Assembly (NCBI GenBank): GCA_012522805.1
Contig: JAAYJS010000033.1
Span: 21,889 to 85,888, forward strand
Reading direction: 5' to 3'
Origin: Eubacteriaceae bacterium
GTDB lineage: Bacteria > Bacillota > Clostridia > Eubacteriales > Eubacteriaceae
Length of the DNA: 64,000 nt
Positions 29,364 to 39,136 of this stretch are shown here, piece after piece; positions within the stretch are counted from its first letter, which is position 1, and every line of letters begins with the position of its first letter. Both the position numbers and the translations under genes were made by a program. Under the pieces are notes generated by a model. The model ran no database searches, had not been told where the DNA came from, and was given only the letters and a program-made list of their open reading frames with translations.

Positions 29364-30167
29364 TTAGTTCGGGATACCGTTTCTTAAATTGTTGATGCGT
29401 ACTAATACGTCGTTGTATTGTGCGAGAAATTCAGGTTCCACATCCGGAAAGTGGACGGGGTCCAAGTAATCGAGATTCTGTTGACTGACATGATGGGCGA
29501 TCAATGGACCGAAGTCGAATCCATTGGTGGTTTTGTGATGAGTGGCATCATAGGTAGCGGTTTGCAGTTTGATTAAGGTATCGCCATTAAAAGTCGCGTT
29601 GAGTTCTAAAAAATGGTTTTCAATATTGGGTTCGTCGGATCTTGCACGATATGTCCAAACAAAATCATTGATTTCCGTGTTTTCCTTTTTTCCAATTTCA
29701 GCATTTTTAAAACAGGTGATAGCTAAGCTTCTAAAAAGGCTTTCATGCATCGGCTCTTGAGATACCCGTGGCAACACGTAGGGATTTTGATGCATAATGA
29801 TGCTGGTAATATTCTGCCACCTGAATTCATTGTATTTTTCTACAGTAGTCTTTAAAGATTGAATGTACGCATCGTTGTCTCGTATTTCGGTGCCCATCGG
29901 TGTGCGTTCCTCGTATTGAATATGAGTAATCAAACCGTTGCGCACGGACATTTTCATCCGCGGGCGGTAGCCCTCCGGTGTATAGTACTTGGTTTGTACG
30001 ATATAGTCGCCATCTACCAAATGTACGGGTTTGCTCTGCTCTATTTTAGGATAATGGAGGTTGTGGGTATTGGCAACGGGTATTTGGATATTGCCGGTTA
30101 AACCTAAAAGGACAATCACCACAAACAAAATAGCCGATAGACCGGTCAATTTAATGTTATCTTTCAT
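29364..30167 (-). CDS. Membrane-anchored extracytoplasmic protein with two FMN_bind-like repeats, function unknown
   Basis: The start is moved to ATG 30167 (MKDNIKLTGLSAILFVVIVLLGL...), which overlaps the upstream stop as ATGA. The segment DGDYIVQTKYYTPEGYRPRMKMSVRNGLITHIQYEE resembles the FMN-binding / 'DG.Y....GY...v.v.v.nG.I..v' fold pattern, and a second weaker copy follows. Confidence 0.45.
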   Translation of the reverse strand: MKDNIKLTGLSAILFVVIVLLGLTGNIQIPVANTHNLHYPKIEQSKPVHLVDGDYIVQTKYYTPEGYRPRMKMSVRNGLITHIQYEERTPMGTEIRDNDAYIQSLKTTVEKYNEFRWQNITSIIMHQNPYVLPRVSQEPMHESLFRSLAITCFKNAEIGKKENTEINDFVWTYRARSDEPNIENHFLELNATFNGDTLIKLQTATYDATHHKTTNGFDFGPLIAHHVSQQNLDYLDPVHFPDVEPEFLAQYNDVLVRINNLRNGIPN

Positions 30168-31324
30168 CTTATCTTTTTCAGTCGTCGCAGTGCTTCTTTC
30201 AAATTGGCACGAGTGGTGGCCACGTTCAGCCTCCAATGCCCCTCGCCACCGACACCGTATTGACTACCGGCATTGAGCCATATGCGACAACGCTTTTCCA
30301 ATCTTTCTGATATTTCCTGATCGGATAGGCCTAAACCTTTAAAATCGAGCCAGAGCAGATAAGTACCCTCCGGTGGTATGAGCTGAATTTCCGGCAACTC
30401 TTTTTCTAAAAATCTTTGGGTCAACGCGATATTCTCTTGCAAGTATTTGAGAAGATCTTCTAACCAAGGGGCACCTTCTTCGTAGGCCGCAATGGTGGCT
30501 GTGATGCTCATGGCGTTTAAATGGGCCGACCCTTGCTTTTCCATTTCTTTTTTAAAAGCGCTTCGCAATGCTTGATCGGGGATGATGATATTGGATCCCT
30601 GTAAGCCGGCTAAATTAAAAGTTTTAGATGGAGACGTCATGGTGATGGTGCGATGTGCGTAGTCCGGATTGACGGTTTCAAACATCCGGTGTTCGTTGGA
30701 TGGATAGACAAAATCACAATGAATTTCGTCAGAGAGGATCAGGACATCGTATCGCTGACAGATTTCTTTGATTCTCTTTAATTCCTCCTCTTGCCACACT
30801 CTGCCCACCGGGTTATGGGGTGTACATAAAATAAAAGCCACAACGTTTTCAGATTTAATTTTATTTTCAAAATCGTCGAAATCGATGTGATAACGATTTT
30901 CCTTAAAAACCAAGGGGTTCACAATGGTTTGGCGTTTGTTGTTTTCAATAGCACATTTAAAAGGGTTGTAAACCGGTTCTTGAATGAGAATGGCGTCGCC
31001 CTTTTTTGTCAAAGCTCGGATAGCGGTGTTGATAGCGTACACAATGCCCGGTGTGGTCACCAAGGTGTCGGGATCAATTTGCCAATTAAAATGCGTTTGA
31101 AACCAATTGTTGACAGCTTGACAGTAGCGTTCATCTATTTCCGAATAGCCAAAAACGCCGTGTTCGGCTCTTTCCACCAAAGCCTTGATGACTTGGGGTG
31201 GGGCAGAAAAATCCATATCGGCAACCCACATGGGTATGGTGTCCTCGGGTTTGTTTAAAGTCTCAATGAAATCGTATTTAACGGACTGTGTCTGTTGACG
31301 GTTAATTTTTCGATTAAAATTCAT
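30164..31324 (-). CDS. PLP-dependent C-S lyase (MalY/PatB-type cystathionine beta-lyase, aminotransferase class I/II)
   Basis: The 386-aa protein has an N-terminal KYDF... motif, a SPSKTFN(L)AG Lys-PLP motif and MalY/PatB-type length and ends. Confidence 0.85.
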   Translation of the reverse strand: MNFNRKINRQQTQSVKYDFIETLNKPEDTIPMWVADMDFSAPPQVIKALVERAEHGVFGYSEIDERYCQAVNNWFQTHFNWQIDPDTLVTTPGIVYAINTAIRALTKKGDAILIQEPVYNPFKCAIENNKRQTIVNPLVFKENRYHIDFDDFENKIKSENVVAFILCTPHNPVGRVWQEEELKRIKEICQRYDVLILSDEIHCDFVYPSNEHRMFETVNPDYAHRTITMTSPSKTFNLAGLQGSNIIIPDQALRSAFKKEMEKQGSAHLNAMSITATIAAYEEGAPWLEDLLKYLQENIALTQRFLEKELPEIQLIPPEGTYLLWLDFKGLGLSDQEISERLEKRCRIWLNAGSQYGVGGEGHWRLNVATTRANLKEALRRLKKIR

Positions 31325-31443
31325 ATTTTACCTCTTTGGGTTATTGTAGGTCAGCAACATTAAAATAGACTTCATTTTTTGTGATGAAGTGAAGATTCGT
31401 GCTATAATAAAAATCACAAGCAGAAAGTTATGGTAGGGTTTTT

Positions 31444-33756
31444 ATGAAAAGGCTATTGCTGATCTCAATTCTTTTTTCAATTGCAGGCATTGTTTTATTT
31501 TATTTTCATGCCCCGTATTATACGATCATCATCCTATTTGCATTGCTCTTGTGCCTGCCTTTTTTCTTACCATTGGACAACCCAAGTCAGATCATCACTC
31601 TGGTTATCATCTTTTTATGGACGATGTTCCGGATGTCTCAATTGGTTGGGGGACAGCTGCTACCTTTTTACGATGAAGAGAGGCATTACGAAGCCCTTGT
31701 ACTGGACGAACCCCTGATGCAGAAAGATCGCGGCACTTGCACCCTCCAATTGATAAGGGGAGAGGGTCGGCCGCTTAAAGGGAAAATCATTTTGCAATCC
31801 TACGATGTGCCCAAAGAAAGTGATATTCAGCCCGGAACCCTGCTGTCTTTTAAGGGTACCCTGAGGGAATTATCCCCTAAAAGAAACCCCGGCGGTTTTA
31901 ATGAGAAGCTTTATTATCGCTCCAAGGGAATAGTTGGTCGAATGGTCCTTTCTGCAAAAGAAGTGGACAGCATCGGACAGCAGGATCGCTTTGCATTTAA
32001 ACTTTTGGGTATTCGCCGTACTTTGGTTGATCGGCTCGAGACGCTTTCAGACAATCGGAAAGTAACGGGTTTGATATCCACCTTGCTTTTGGGTGAAAAA
32101 TCTCCGGATACACATATAGAAGAGCATTTTAGAAATCTTGGCATTTCCCATATTTTAGCCATATCGGGAATGCATGTGGGTTTTTTATCCCTTGCACTCT
32201 TAAAGTTTTTCAAAATTTTAAAGATTCCTGAAAAAAATGCGCGTTTGCTGACCGTCCCGTTTTTATTCATTTATGCGTTGCTGGTTGCGTTGCCCGTTTC
32301 AGTTGTACGGGCAGTTTTAATGCTGTCCATTTACCACTGTGGGGTCGCCTTCAGACAAGTGAAGGATGCCTTTTCAGCGCTTCTGGCGACGGCTATTATC
32401 GTGTTGATGATCAATCCGATGCAGTTATTCTCCCTAAGTTTTCAACTCTCCTTTATGGCAACTTTGGGTATCATCTTCTTTTACCAACCCTTGCGTTATC
32501 GCATTGGTCGCCATCTGAGAAGGACCTCCTATGTTGTGGAAAGTCTGCTCCTAACCTTAAGCGCATATGCCACGACCTTTCCCATCGTATTGTTTTATTT
32601 TCATCGGTTGAATTTATTGTCGTTTTTGGGAAATATTGTTGTCGTCCCGTTGATCGGTATCTTGTTTATCTACACCATGATCCTTTTACCAATCGGGTTC
32701 ATCTCTTCTATAGTGGGTGCGCTTTTATTTCGATTGGCTGAGTTTTTGGGGCAATTTATTTTGTGGATTGCTGAGATGCTCGGAGCTGTTTCCGGCTTTA
32801 GTTATAAAGGTGCCGGTGCACCCATTGTTCTCGCGCTCTTTTTGTTGACTCTCGTATTCTTTGGCGCCGGTTATTGGCGGCCTAAGAAAAAGGTCTCCAT
32901 CGCCCTTCTGACAGCCTTGGTGCTTATTTCTTTTGTCGATTATAGAACATTGCCCTTGACAGAGCGTGCTTTAAAGATATACTTTTTAGATGTCGGCCAA
33001 GGAGATGCAACGCTCATTCGCACACCCAAGGGGTATACCTATCTGATTGACGGTGGCGGTTACCCTCAGAAGACATTGGCCTTTAAACAAATCCAACCTC
33101 AACCCATTTCAGAGTCGGTTTTGATACCCGCCCTATATGCCACAGGGGCGCATCGCGTTGATTCGGCCCTGATCACCCATAACCATGAAGACCATAGCCA
33201 AGGTGTTGAAGAGCTGTTATTGTCCTTTCCAGTGCAAAGAGTGTATCTTTCCACTAAAAATAATCACCCATCTTTGCAGCAAATGGAACTGATTGAAGTA
33301 CATACTTTGGCTGCAGGCCAATCGATCCGAACACCCGATGGCCTGACTATCGACTGTATATGGCCAATGCTGCCCGTAGAAGCCCTTGGGGATAACCAAC
33401 AAAATCATTACTCTATGGTTTTGCGACTTCGCTACGGCAACCATACGCTGATGATGATGTCGGACACCGATGTTCAAACTGAAGCGGCGCTGATGGGGGT
33501 CCTAGGCGAAACAGATATTTTGCGAGTGGGCCATCACTGTTCCAAAACATCGACGGGAGAAGAGATGTTACAACATTGCGATCCAAAAATTGCAGTTATT
33601 TCTGTGGGTAGGGGAAACCTGTATCGGTTACCCAATCCGGAAATACTTCAACGACTCAAAACAGCAGGTGTTCAAACCTATCGAACGGACGAAAACGGTT
33701 GTATCCTCATAGAAATGTACAACGATCATTATCATGTAAGGCCTTATATCCAATGA
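31444..33756 (+). CDS. comEC: DNA internalisation competence protein ComEC/Rec2
   Basis: The 770-aa protein has a polytopic competence domain (ISHILAISGMHVG) and a C-terminal metallo-beta-lactamase domain (HNHEDH). Confidence 0.92.
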   Translation: MKRLLLISILFSIAGIVLFYFHAPYYTIIILFALLLCLPFFLPLDNPSQIITLVIIFLWTMFRMSQLVGGQLLPFYDEERHYEALVLDEPLMQKDRGTCTLQLIRGEGRPLKGKIILQSYDVPKESDIQPGTLLSFKGTLRELSPKRNPGGFNEKLYYRSKGIVGRMVLSAKEVDSIGQQDRFAFKLLGIRRTLVDRLETLSDNRKVTGLISTLLLGEKSPDTHIEEHFRNLGISHILAISGMHVGFLSLALLKFFKILKIPEKNARLLTVPFLFIYALLVALPVSVVRAVLMLSIYHCGVAFRQVKDAFSALLATAIIVLMINPMQLFSLSFQLSFMATLGIIFFYQPLRYRIGRHLRRTSYVVESLLLTLSAYATTFPIVLFYFHRLNLLSFLGNIVVVPLIGILFIYTMILLPIGFISSIVGALLFRLAEFLGQFILWIAEMLGAVSGFSYKGAGAPIVLALFLLTLVFFGAGYWRPKKKVSIALLTALVLISFVDYRTLPLTERALKIYFLDVGQGDATLIRTPKGYTYLIDGGGYPQKTLAFKQIQPQPISESVLIPALYATGAHRVDSALITHNHEDHSQGVEELLLSFPVQRVYLSTKNNHPSLQQMELIEVHTLAAGQSIRTPDGLTIDCIWPMLPVEALGDNQQNHYSMVLRLRYGNHTLMMMSDTDVQTEAALMGVLGETDILRVGHHCSKTSTGEEMLQHCDPKIAVISVGRGNLYRLPNPEILQRLKTAGVQTYRTDENGCILIEMYNDHYHVRPYIQ

Positions 33757-34778
33757 ACTACAAAGACTTTATGAAAACCATCAAAACTGAAAATTTTGCT
33801 CCGGTTTATCTCTTTTACGGTGTAGAGATGTTTATCGGAGAATTGTTAATCGACAATGTGATCGACAAAATGATTTCGCCGGGATTTGAAGTTTTTAATT
33901 ACAATCTCCTGAAAGACCGAGAGATCACTGCCAAGGAAATTGTTCAAACTTGCAACACCATGCCCCTGGGCAGTGCGAAACGCATTGTGGTGGTCAAGGA
34001 AGAAGTGGGAATTTTTGAGCGTCACGCAGAGGCGGACATTCAAGAACTGTCCGCATATTTAAAAGACCCTTCTCCCAGTACAGTCCTGATCTTTACACTT
34101 GTTAAAGGGGATAAAAGAAGGAAAATTTATCAAACCATCGCTTCAAAAAGCGTTTTGGTGGAATTGGATAAATTAAACGAAAGGGACCTAACGAGTTGGA
34201 TCGCAGCTAGAATCAAAAAAGAAAACAAAACTATTCAAAGAGTGGCCTTAAAGAAGTTGATTCATCACCTGCGATACTTGGAAAACAAAGAAATGACCAT
34301 CACCGCTGTGGACAACGAAGTTCAACAATTGGTCAACTACGTAGGGGACGAGGGCGAAATAACCGTTGAAGATGTAGAAACGATCATCCCTATGGGAATT
34401 GAAGAAAATATCTTTAAAATGCTTGATTTCAGTCTTCAAGGCAGGATTGCAGAAGCAATTGCCATATCCAGAGAGTTGATGTCTAAGGGAGAATCGCCCT
34501 TTGGTATGTTGGGTCTCATCGTGCGGCAGATTCGTTTATTATTGATGACGAAGCTATTGCTTAAGGAAGGCGCCACACTTGCCAATATCGCTAAAACCAC
34601 CGGTGTACCGCAATTTGTCGCAGAAAAAAATCGCCGAGCGTGTGCAGATCGTCCGTTGTCACTTTTTTTAAAGAATTATTTCTTTGTACAGGAGTTGGAT
34701 ATCAAAATGAAAACCGGAGGTATCGAAGCGGAGAAAGGCATCGAATGGGCACTCTTAAATATGAAAAGAGATCGATAG
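33753..34778 (+). CDS. holA: DNA polymerase III delta subunit
   Basis: The start at ATG 33753 overlaps the comEC stop (ATGA). The motif PVYLFYG.E, the length and the conserved comEC-holA synteny all fit. Confidence 0.85.
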   Translation: MNYKDFMKTIKTENFAPVYLFYGVEMFIGELLIDNVIDKMISPGFEVFNYNLLKDREITAKEIVQTCNTMPLGSAKRIVVVKEEVGIFERHAEADIQELSAYLKDPSPSTVLIFTLVKGDKRRKIYQTIASKSVLVELDKLNERDLTSWIAARIKKENKTIQRVALKKLIHHLRYLENKEMTITAVDNEVQQLVNYVGDEGEITVEDVETIIPMGIEENIFKMLDFSLQGRIAEAIAISRELMSKGESPFGMLGLIVRQIRLLLMTKLLLKEGATLANIAKTTGVPQFVAEKNRRACADRPLSLFLKNYFFVQELDIKMKTGGIEAEKGIEWALLNMKRDR

Positions 34779-34899
34779 GGCCGCGAGAAGGCTTGCTGCA
34801 AACTTGTCAAACCAATGCCATCAAATCCCTTCGTCACAACTAGCTTATGTGAGCAAGCTCCCAACGCTTTGTTGTAACTCGGTATTTGCATTGCTTAGT

Positions 34900-34928
34900 C
34901 AAAAACAAAAAGCGCACCGAAGTGCGCT
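34900..34928 (-). terminator. Rho-independent terminator of rpsT
   Basis: The minus strand reads AGCGCACttcgGTGCGCTttttgttttt. Confidence 0.85.
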
Positions 34929-34966
34929 GAACCCTTGAGACACGGGTTTGGGAATAAACAATGAGG

Positions 34967-35233
34967 CTACTCTGACATTGAATTCAATGATCTTGCTAAA
35001 GAGCTCTTTTTACGGGCTGCTGTATTTTTGTGTATAACACCTTTGGTTACAGCCATATCGATACGTTTTGTCGCAATTCTGAAAAGCTCTGTCGCTTCGT
35101 CTTTAGAACCGGCTTCAATAGCTCCTTGTACGTTACGAATGCTTGTTCTGACATTGCTTTTGACTTTTTTATTGCGCAAACGTGCCTTTTCGTTAGTCTT
35201 AGCCCTTTTAATAGATGATTTAAGATTAGCCAT
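34967..35233 (-). CDS. rpsT: 30S ribosomal protein S20
   Basis: The 88-aa basic protein starts MANLKSSIKRAKTNEKARLRNK.... Confidence 0.97.
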   Translation of the reverse strand: MANLKSSIKRAKTNEKARLRNKKVKSNVRTSIRNVQGAIEAGSKDEATELFRIATKRIDMAVTKGVIHKNTAARKKSSLARSLNSMSE

Positions 35234-35446
35234 GAGTACCTCCTTTATTCTTTAACGTATCAAGTCTATCACAAAGAAAATAAAGAAACAAGTAATTTAA
35301 GTTGGTTGATTCATATTTTTTGTGGTAAAATAAATAATCATGTACAGTTATACGCATGTTCACAGTAAAAAATAACTTTTCAATCGTATTTAACTTCTCA
35401 ATTGTTTTATATAGATTATCAACATCATTTCATATAGGAGGAAACT

Positions 35447-37249
35447 TTGATAAAAAAAGAGAATATTCGAAACTTCTCTATCATTGCACATATCGATCAC
35501 GGTAAATCCACACTTGCAGATCGTCTGATAGAGACAACGGGTTTAATCAGCAAGCGGGATCTGACGGAACAAATGTTGGACAACATGGATATAGAGAAAG
35601 AGAGAGGCATCACCATCAAACTTCAGGCGGTGCGACTCAATTACGTTGCAAAAGACGGCGAAGAATATATCCTCAATCTGATCGATACACCCGGACATGT
35701 AGACTTTAATTACGAAGTTTCCAGAAGCTTAGCTGCTTGTGAGGGCGCCATTCTCGTGGTCGATGCTTCTCAAGGTATCGAGGCGCAAACCATCGCCAAT
35801 GTTTATCTGGCTTTGGAAAACGACTTGGAAATTGTTCCTGTTATCAACAAAATTGATTTGCCCAGTGCATCCCCCGATGCTGTTAAAGAAGAAATCGAAA
35901 ATATCATTGGTATCGATGCCCAGGAAGCCCCTCTTATTTCCGCAAAAGAAAACATCAACATTGTCGATGTGTTGGAAGCCATTGTCCATCAAGTTCCCGC
36001 TCCGACGGGAGATGAAAAGGCTCCCCTCAAAGCTCTGATCTTTGACTCCTACTACGACCAATACAGAGGGGTCATCGCATCGGTGCGTATTGTTGAAGGC
36101 AGCGTAAAAGCAGGCATGGGCATCCGCATGATGTCCGTAGGCGAAGACTTTGAAGTCGACGAAGTCGGCCACTTCGAACACGGCTTAATGCCCACTCAGG
36201 AACTCAGAGCAGGGGAAGTCGGTTATATCAATGCCGGAATTAAAAACGTACGGGACAGTCGCGTTGGCGATACGATTACCTCCTCTGAAAACCCGGCATC
36301 GGAACCGCTACCGGGCTATAAACAAGTAACCCCTATGGTTTATTGTGGTATCTATCCGGCAGACGGTGCCCGTTATGAAGACTTAAAAGAAGCCTTGGCA
36401 AAATTGCAACTCAACGATGCCGCTCTTTTATACGAGCAGGAAACCTCCGTTGCCTTAGGCTTCGGCTTTCGTTGTGGGTTTTTAGGTCTTTTACATATGG
36501 AAATTGTTCAGGAACGTTTAGAGAGAGAATTTAATTTAGATTTGGTGACCACCGCACCCAGTGTTATTTATCAAATCGTCAAGGTGGACGGGACTCAAAT
36601 GGAGGTCGATAACCCCACCAACCTACCGGATGTTACTGAAATCAAAGAGATGAAAGAACCCATTGTGTTGGCTACCTTAATGCTCCCCTCGGATTATCTA
36701 GGTGCAGTCATGGAATTATGTCAAGAACGACGCGGTGAATACATCAACATGGAATACATCGAAGCCAACCGCGTTTCCCTCCACTACTTATTGCCCCTCA
36801 ATGAAATTATTTATGATTTTTATGACGCTTTAAAATCCCGAACCAGAGGGTATGCTTCCTTAGATTATGAACTGAAGGAATACAGACCTTCGGATCTAGT
36901 CAAGCTGGATATCCTGTTAAAAGGAGAAGCGGTCGATGCCCTGTCCTTTATCGTACACAGAGAGAAAGCAGCCACACGGGGTCGTGCGATTGCAAAAAAA
37001 CTAAAAGAGTCCATCCCGAGACAAATGTTTGAGATTCCCATACAAGCTGCAATTGGCAGTAAAATCATAGCGCGAGAAACCATCAGTGCCCTGCGCAAAG
37101 ACGTTCTAGCCAAGTGTTACGGTGGCGACATTACCCGTAAAAGAAAATTGTTGGAAAAACAAAAAGAGGGTAAGAAAAGAATGCGTCAGGTCGGCAGTGT
37201 AGAAGTACCGCAAGAAGCTTTTATGGCCGTCTTGAAGTTAGATTCGTAA
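35447..37249 (+). CDS. lepA: Elongation factor 4 (LepA)
   Basis: The motifs [20 protein letters not shown] and DTPGHVDF are present. A TTG start follows ggagga. Confidence 0.97.
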   Translation: MIKKENIRNFSIIAHIDHGKSTLADRLIETTGLISKRDLTEQMLDNMDIEKERGITIKLQAVRLNYVAKDGEEYILNLIDTPGHVDFNYEVSRSLAACEGAILVVDASQGIEAQTIANVYLALENDLEIVPVINKIDLPSASPDAVKEEIENIIGIDAQEAPLISAKENINIVDVLEAIVHQVPAPTGDEKAPLKALIFDSYYDQYRGVIASVRIVEGSVKAGMGIRMMSVGEDFEVDEVGHFEHGLMPTQELRAGEVGYINAGIKNVRDSRVGDTITSSENPASEPLPGYKQVTPMVYCGIYPADGARYEDLKEALAKLQLNDAALLYEQETSVALGFGFRCGFLGLLHMEIVQERLEREFNLDLVTTAPSVIYQIVKVDGTQMEVDNPTNLPDVTEIKEMKEPIVLATLMLPSDYLGAVMELCQERRGEYINMEYIEANRVSLHYLLPLNEIIYDFYDALKSRTRGYASLDYELKEYRPSDLVKLDILLKGEAVDALSFIVHREKAATRGRAIAKKLKESIPRQMFEIPIQAAIGSKIIARETISALRKDVLAKCYGGDITRKRKLLEKQKEGKKRMRQVGSVEVPQEAFMAVLKLDS

Positions 37250-37261
37250 GGGGACAGGGTT

Positions 37262-38923
37262 GTGACGATAAAAAAACTCCAAGAAAAAACAGTAAAAGAA
37301 TTAAGAGAATTAGCCAAAGAATTGGGCATCAAGAGCCCCACCAAATACAAAAAAAGCGATTTGATTCAAGCAATCGTAGATCAACAAGGGACTTCAGAAC
37401 AAATGGACGACAGCGACGAAAAACGGCCTGCACCGGAGCGTGAGAAACAAGAAACTTCCAAAACAAGAAAACAAAACTTTCAAAGCAAAGAAATTCCAAG
37501 CCGTTATGCAAAGATCAAAGACAATATCGAAGACACCGTGGAGACAGAAGGACCCTTGGAAGTGTTGCCCGAAGGTTTTGGTTTAATCAAAAAAGACGAC
37601 AAGTCCGATCCGATTTATGTTTCCAGCTCCCAAATACAAAAGTTCAGATTGGTTACCGGGGATATCATCGGCGGTAAAGTTCGTGAAGCGAAACCCGGCG
37701 AAAAATACGCAGCATTGCTCTTTTTAGAAGTCGTCAACGGCGAAAGCACCGTCGACATCATGAAACGAACCAAAAGTTTGATGCAATCCGGGGATCGGGA
37801 TACATCAGAGCGCTATAAAGTATCTCATTCCGGTATTTTGGACATCAATCCCGATGGCTTCGGTTTTTTACGTGTCAGCAATTATACCCAAGGGGACAAC
37901 GATATTTATGTCGCAGCCAATCAAATCAGACGTTACAATCTGCGAACCGGCGACAGGGTTACCGGTAAAATCAGAATGTCCAATGAAGGTGAAAAATTTG
38001 ATGCTCTGCTCTACATAGAAAAAGTCAATGACAATATTCCTGAAAAATCGGTCAATCGCCCCAAATTCGAAGAATTGATTCCGATTTTCCCCAAGGAAAA
38101 AATTAATTTAGAAACAAAAAAAGATACGATCTCCACACGTATCATCGATTTATTTACACCCATGGGCAGGGGACAAAGGGGGATGATTGTCGCATCCCCA
38201 AAGGTCGGCAAAACAACCATTCTCAAAGAAATCGCTTTGGGTGTAACGGCCAACCACCCCGACCTCGAACTGATCGTATTGCTCATAGATGAACGTCCCG
38301 AGGAAGTTACGGATATCTCCCGTTCCATCGATGCGGAAATTGTTTTCTCTACCTTTGACCTACCACCGGACAATCACATTAAAGTTGCGGAATTGGTCTT
38401 GGAACGAGGCAAGCGTTTAGTTGAGGAAGGCAAAAATGTTGTGATTCTTGTAGACAGCCTCACCCGTTTAGCCCGTGCCAACAACTTAGTGATCGAGCCT
38501 TCGGGCAGAACGCTTTCCGGGGGGATTGATCCGGAAGCTTTGTATTTTCCTAAAAAGTTTTTTGGAGCAGCCAGAAACATCGAGAAAGGCGGTAGTTTAA
38601 CGATCATCGCCACCGCACTCATCGATACCGGCAGTCGCATGGACGATTTGATCTTTGAAGAATTTAAAGGGACCGGTAACATGGAGCTACACTTAGACAG
38701 TAAACTCGCAGAGAGAAGAATTTATCCTGCCATTAACTTGTTGAAATCAGGAACCAGGAGAGATGAATTGTTGTTTACGCAAGCCGAAAGAGAAGTCAAC
38801 TACAGAATTAGAAAGTCCTACACCTTGGAGAGTTCTGTCGAACTCATGGACAAAATGATCACTGTGTTTACCAACTCGGAAAGCAATAGCAAGTTGATCG
38901 AAAAAATACTGTCCCACAAATAA
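37262..38923 (+). CDS. rho: Transcription termination factor Rho with a duplicated N-terminal cold-shock-type RNA-binding domain
   Basis: A Rho_N helix bundle (TVKELRELAKELGI), two successive CSD-like segments (aa 97-161 and 191-256), a RecA-like core (GQRGMIVASPKVGKTT) and a Rho C-terminus are present. A GTG start follows aaggggacaggg. Confidence 0.93.
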   Translation: MTIKKLQEKTVKELRELAKELGIKSPTKYKKSDLIQAIVDQQGTSEQMDDSDEKRPAPEREKQETSKTRKQNFQSKEIPSRYAKIKDNIEDTVETEGPLEVLPEGFGLIKKDDKSDPIYVSSSQIQKFRLVTGDIIGGKVREAKPGEKYAALLFLEVVNGESTVDIMKRTKSLMQSGDRDTSERYKVSHSGILDINPDGFGFLRVSNYTQGDNDIYVAANQIRRYNLRTGDRVTGKIRMSNEGEKFDALLYIEKVNDNIPEKSVNRPKFEELIPIFPKEKINLETKKDTISTRIIDLFTPMGRGQRGMIVASPKVGKTTILKEIALGVTANHPDLELIVLLIDERPEEVTDISRSIDAEIVFSTFDLPPDNHIKVAELVLERGKRLVEEGKNVVILVDSLTRLARANNLVIEPSGRTLSGGIDPEALYFPKKFFGAARNIEKGGSLTIIATALIDTGSRMDDLIFEEFKGTGNMELHLDSKLAERRIYPAINLLKSGTRRDELLFTQAEREVNYRIRKSYTLESSVELMDKMITVFTNSESNSKLIEKILSHK

Positions 38924-38965
38924 ATTATAAGTCAGTATGAACAATGCGTTTATCGGCTCAGAACA

Positions 38966-39006
38966 AACCACCTTCAACACGATTGAAGGTGGTTTTAAAT
39001 TTTTAG
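38966..39006 (+). terminator. Rho-independent terminator
   Basis: The sequence is AACCACCTTCAAcacgaTTGAAGGTGGTTttaaattttt. Confidence 0.85.
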
Positions 39007-39136
39007 GTTCTATTTACGACCTATGAATAAAAAATCGTAAAATATGAAGATCTTCAAATAAATATTGACTCGAACCCCCATCACTGTTATAATAATAGTA
39101 ATGATAGAATTATCAAATAATTTGGAGGAGAAAATT

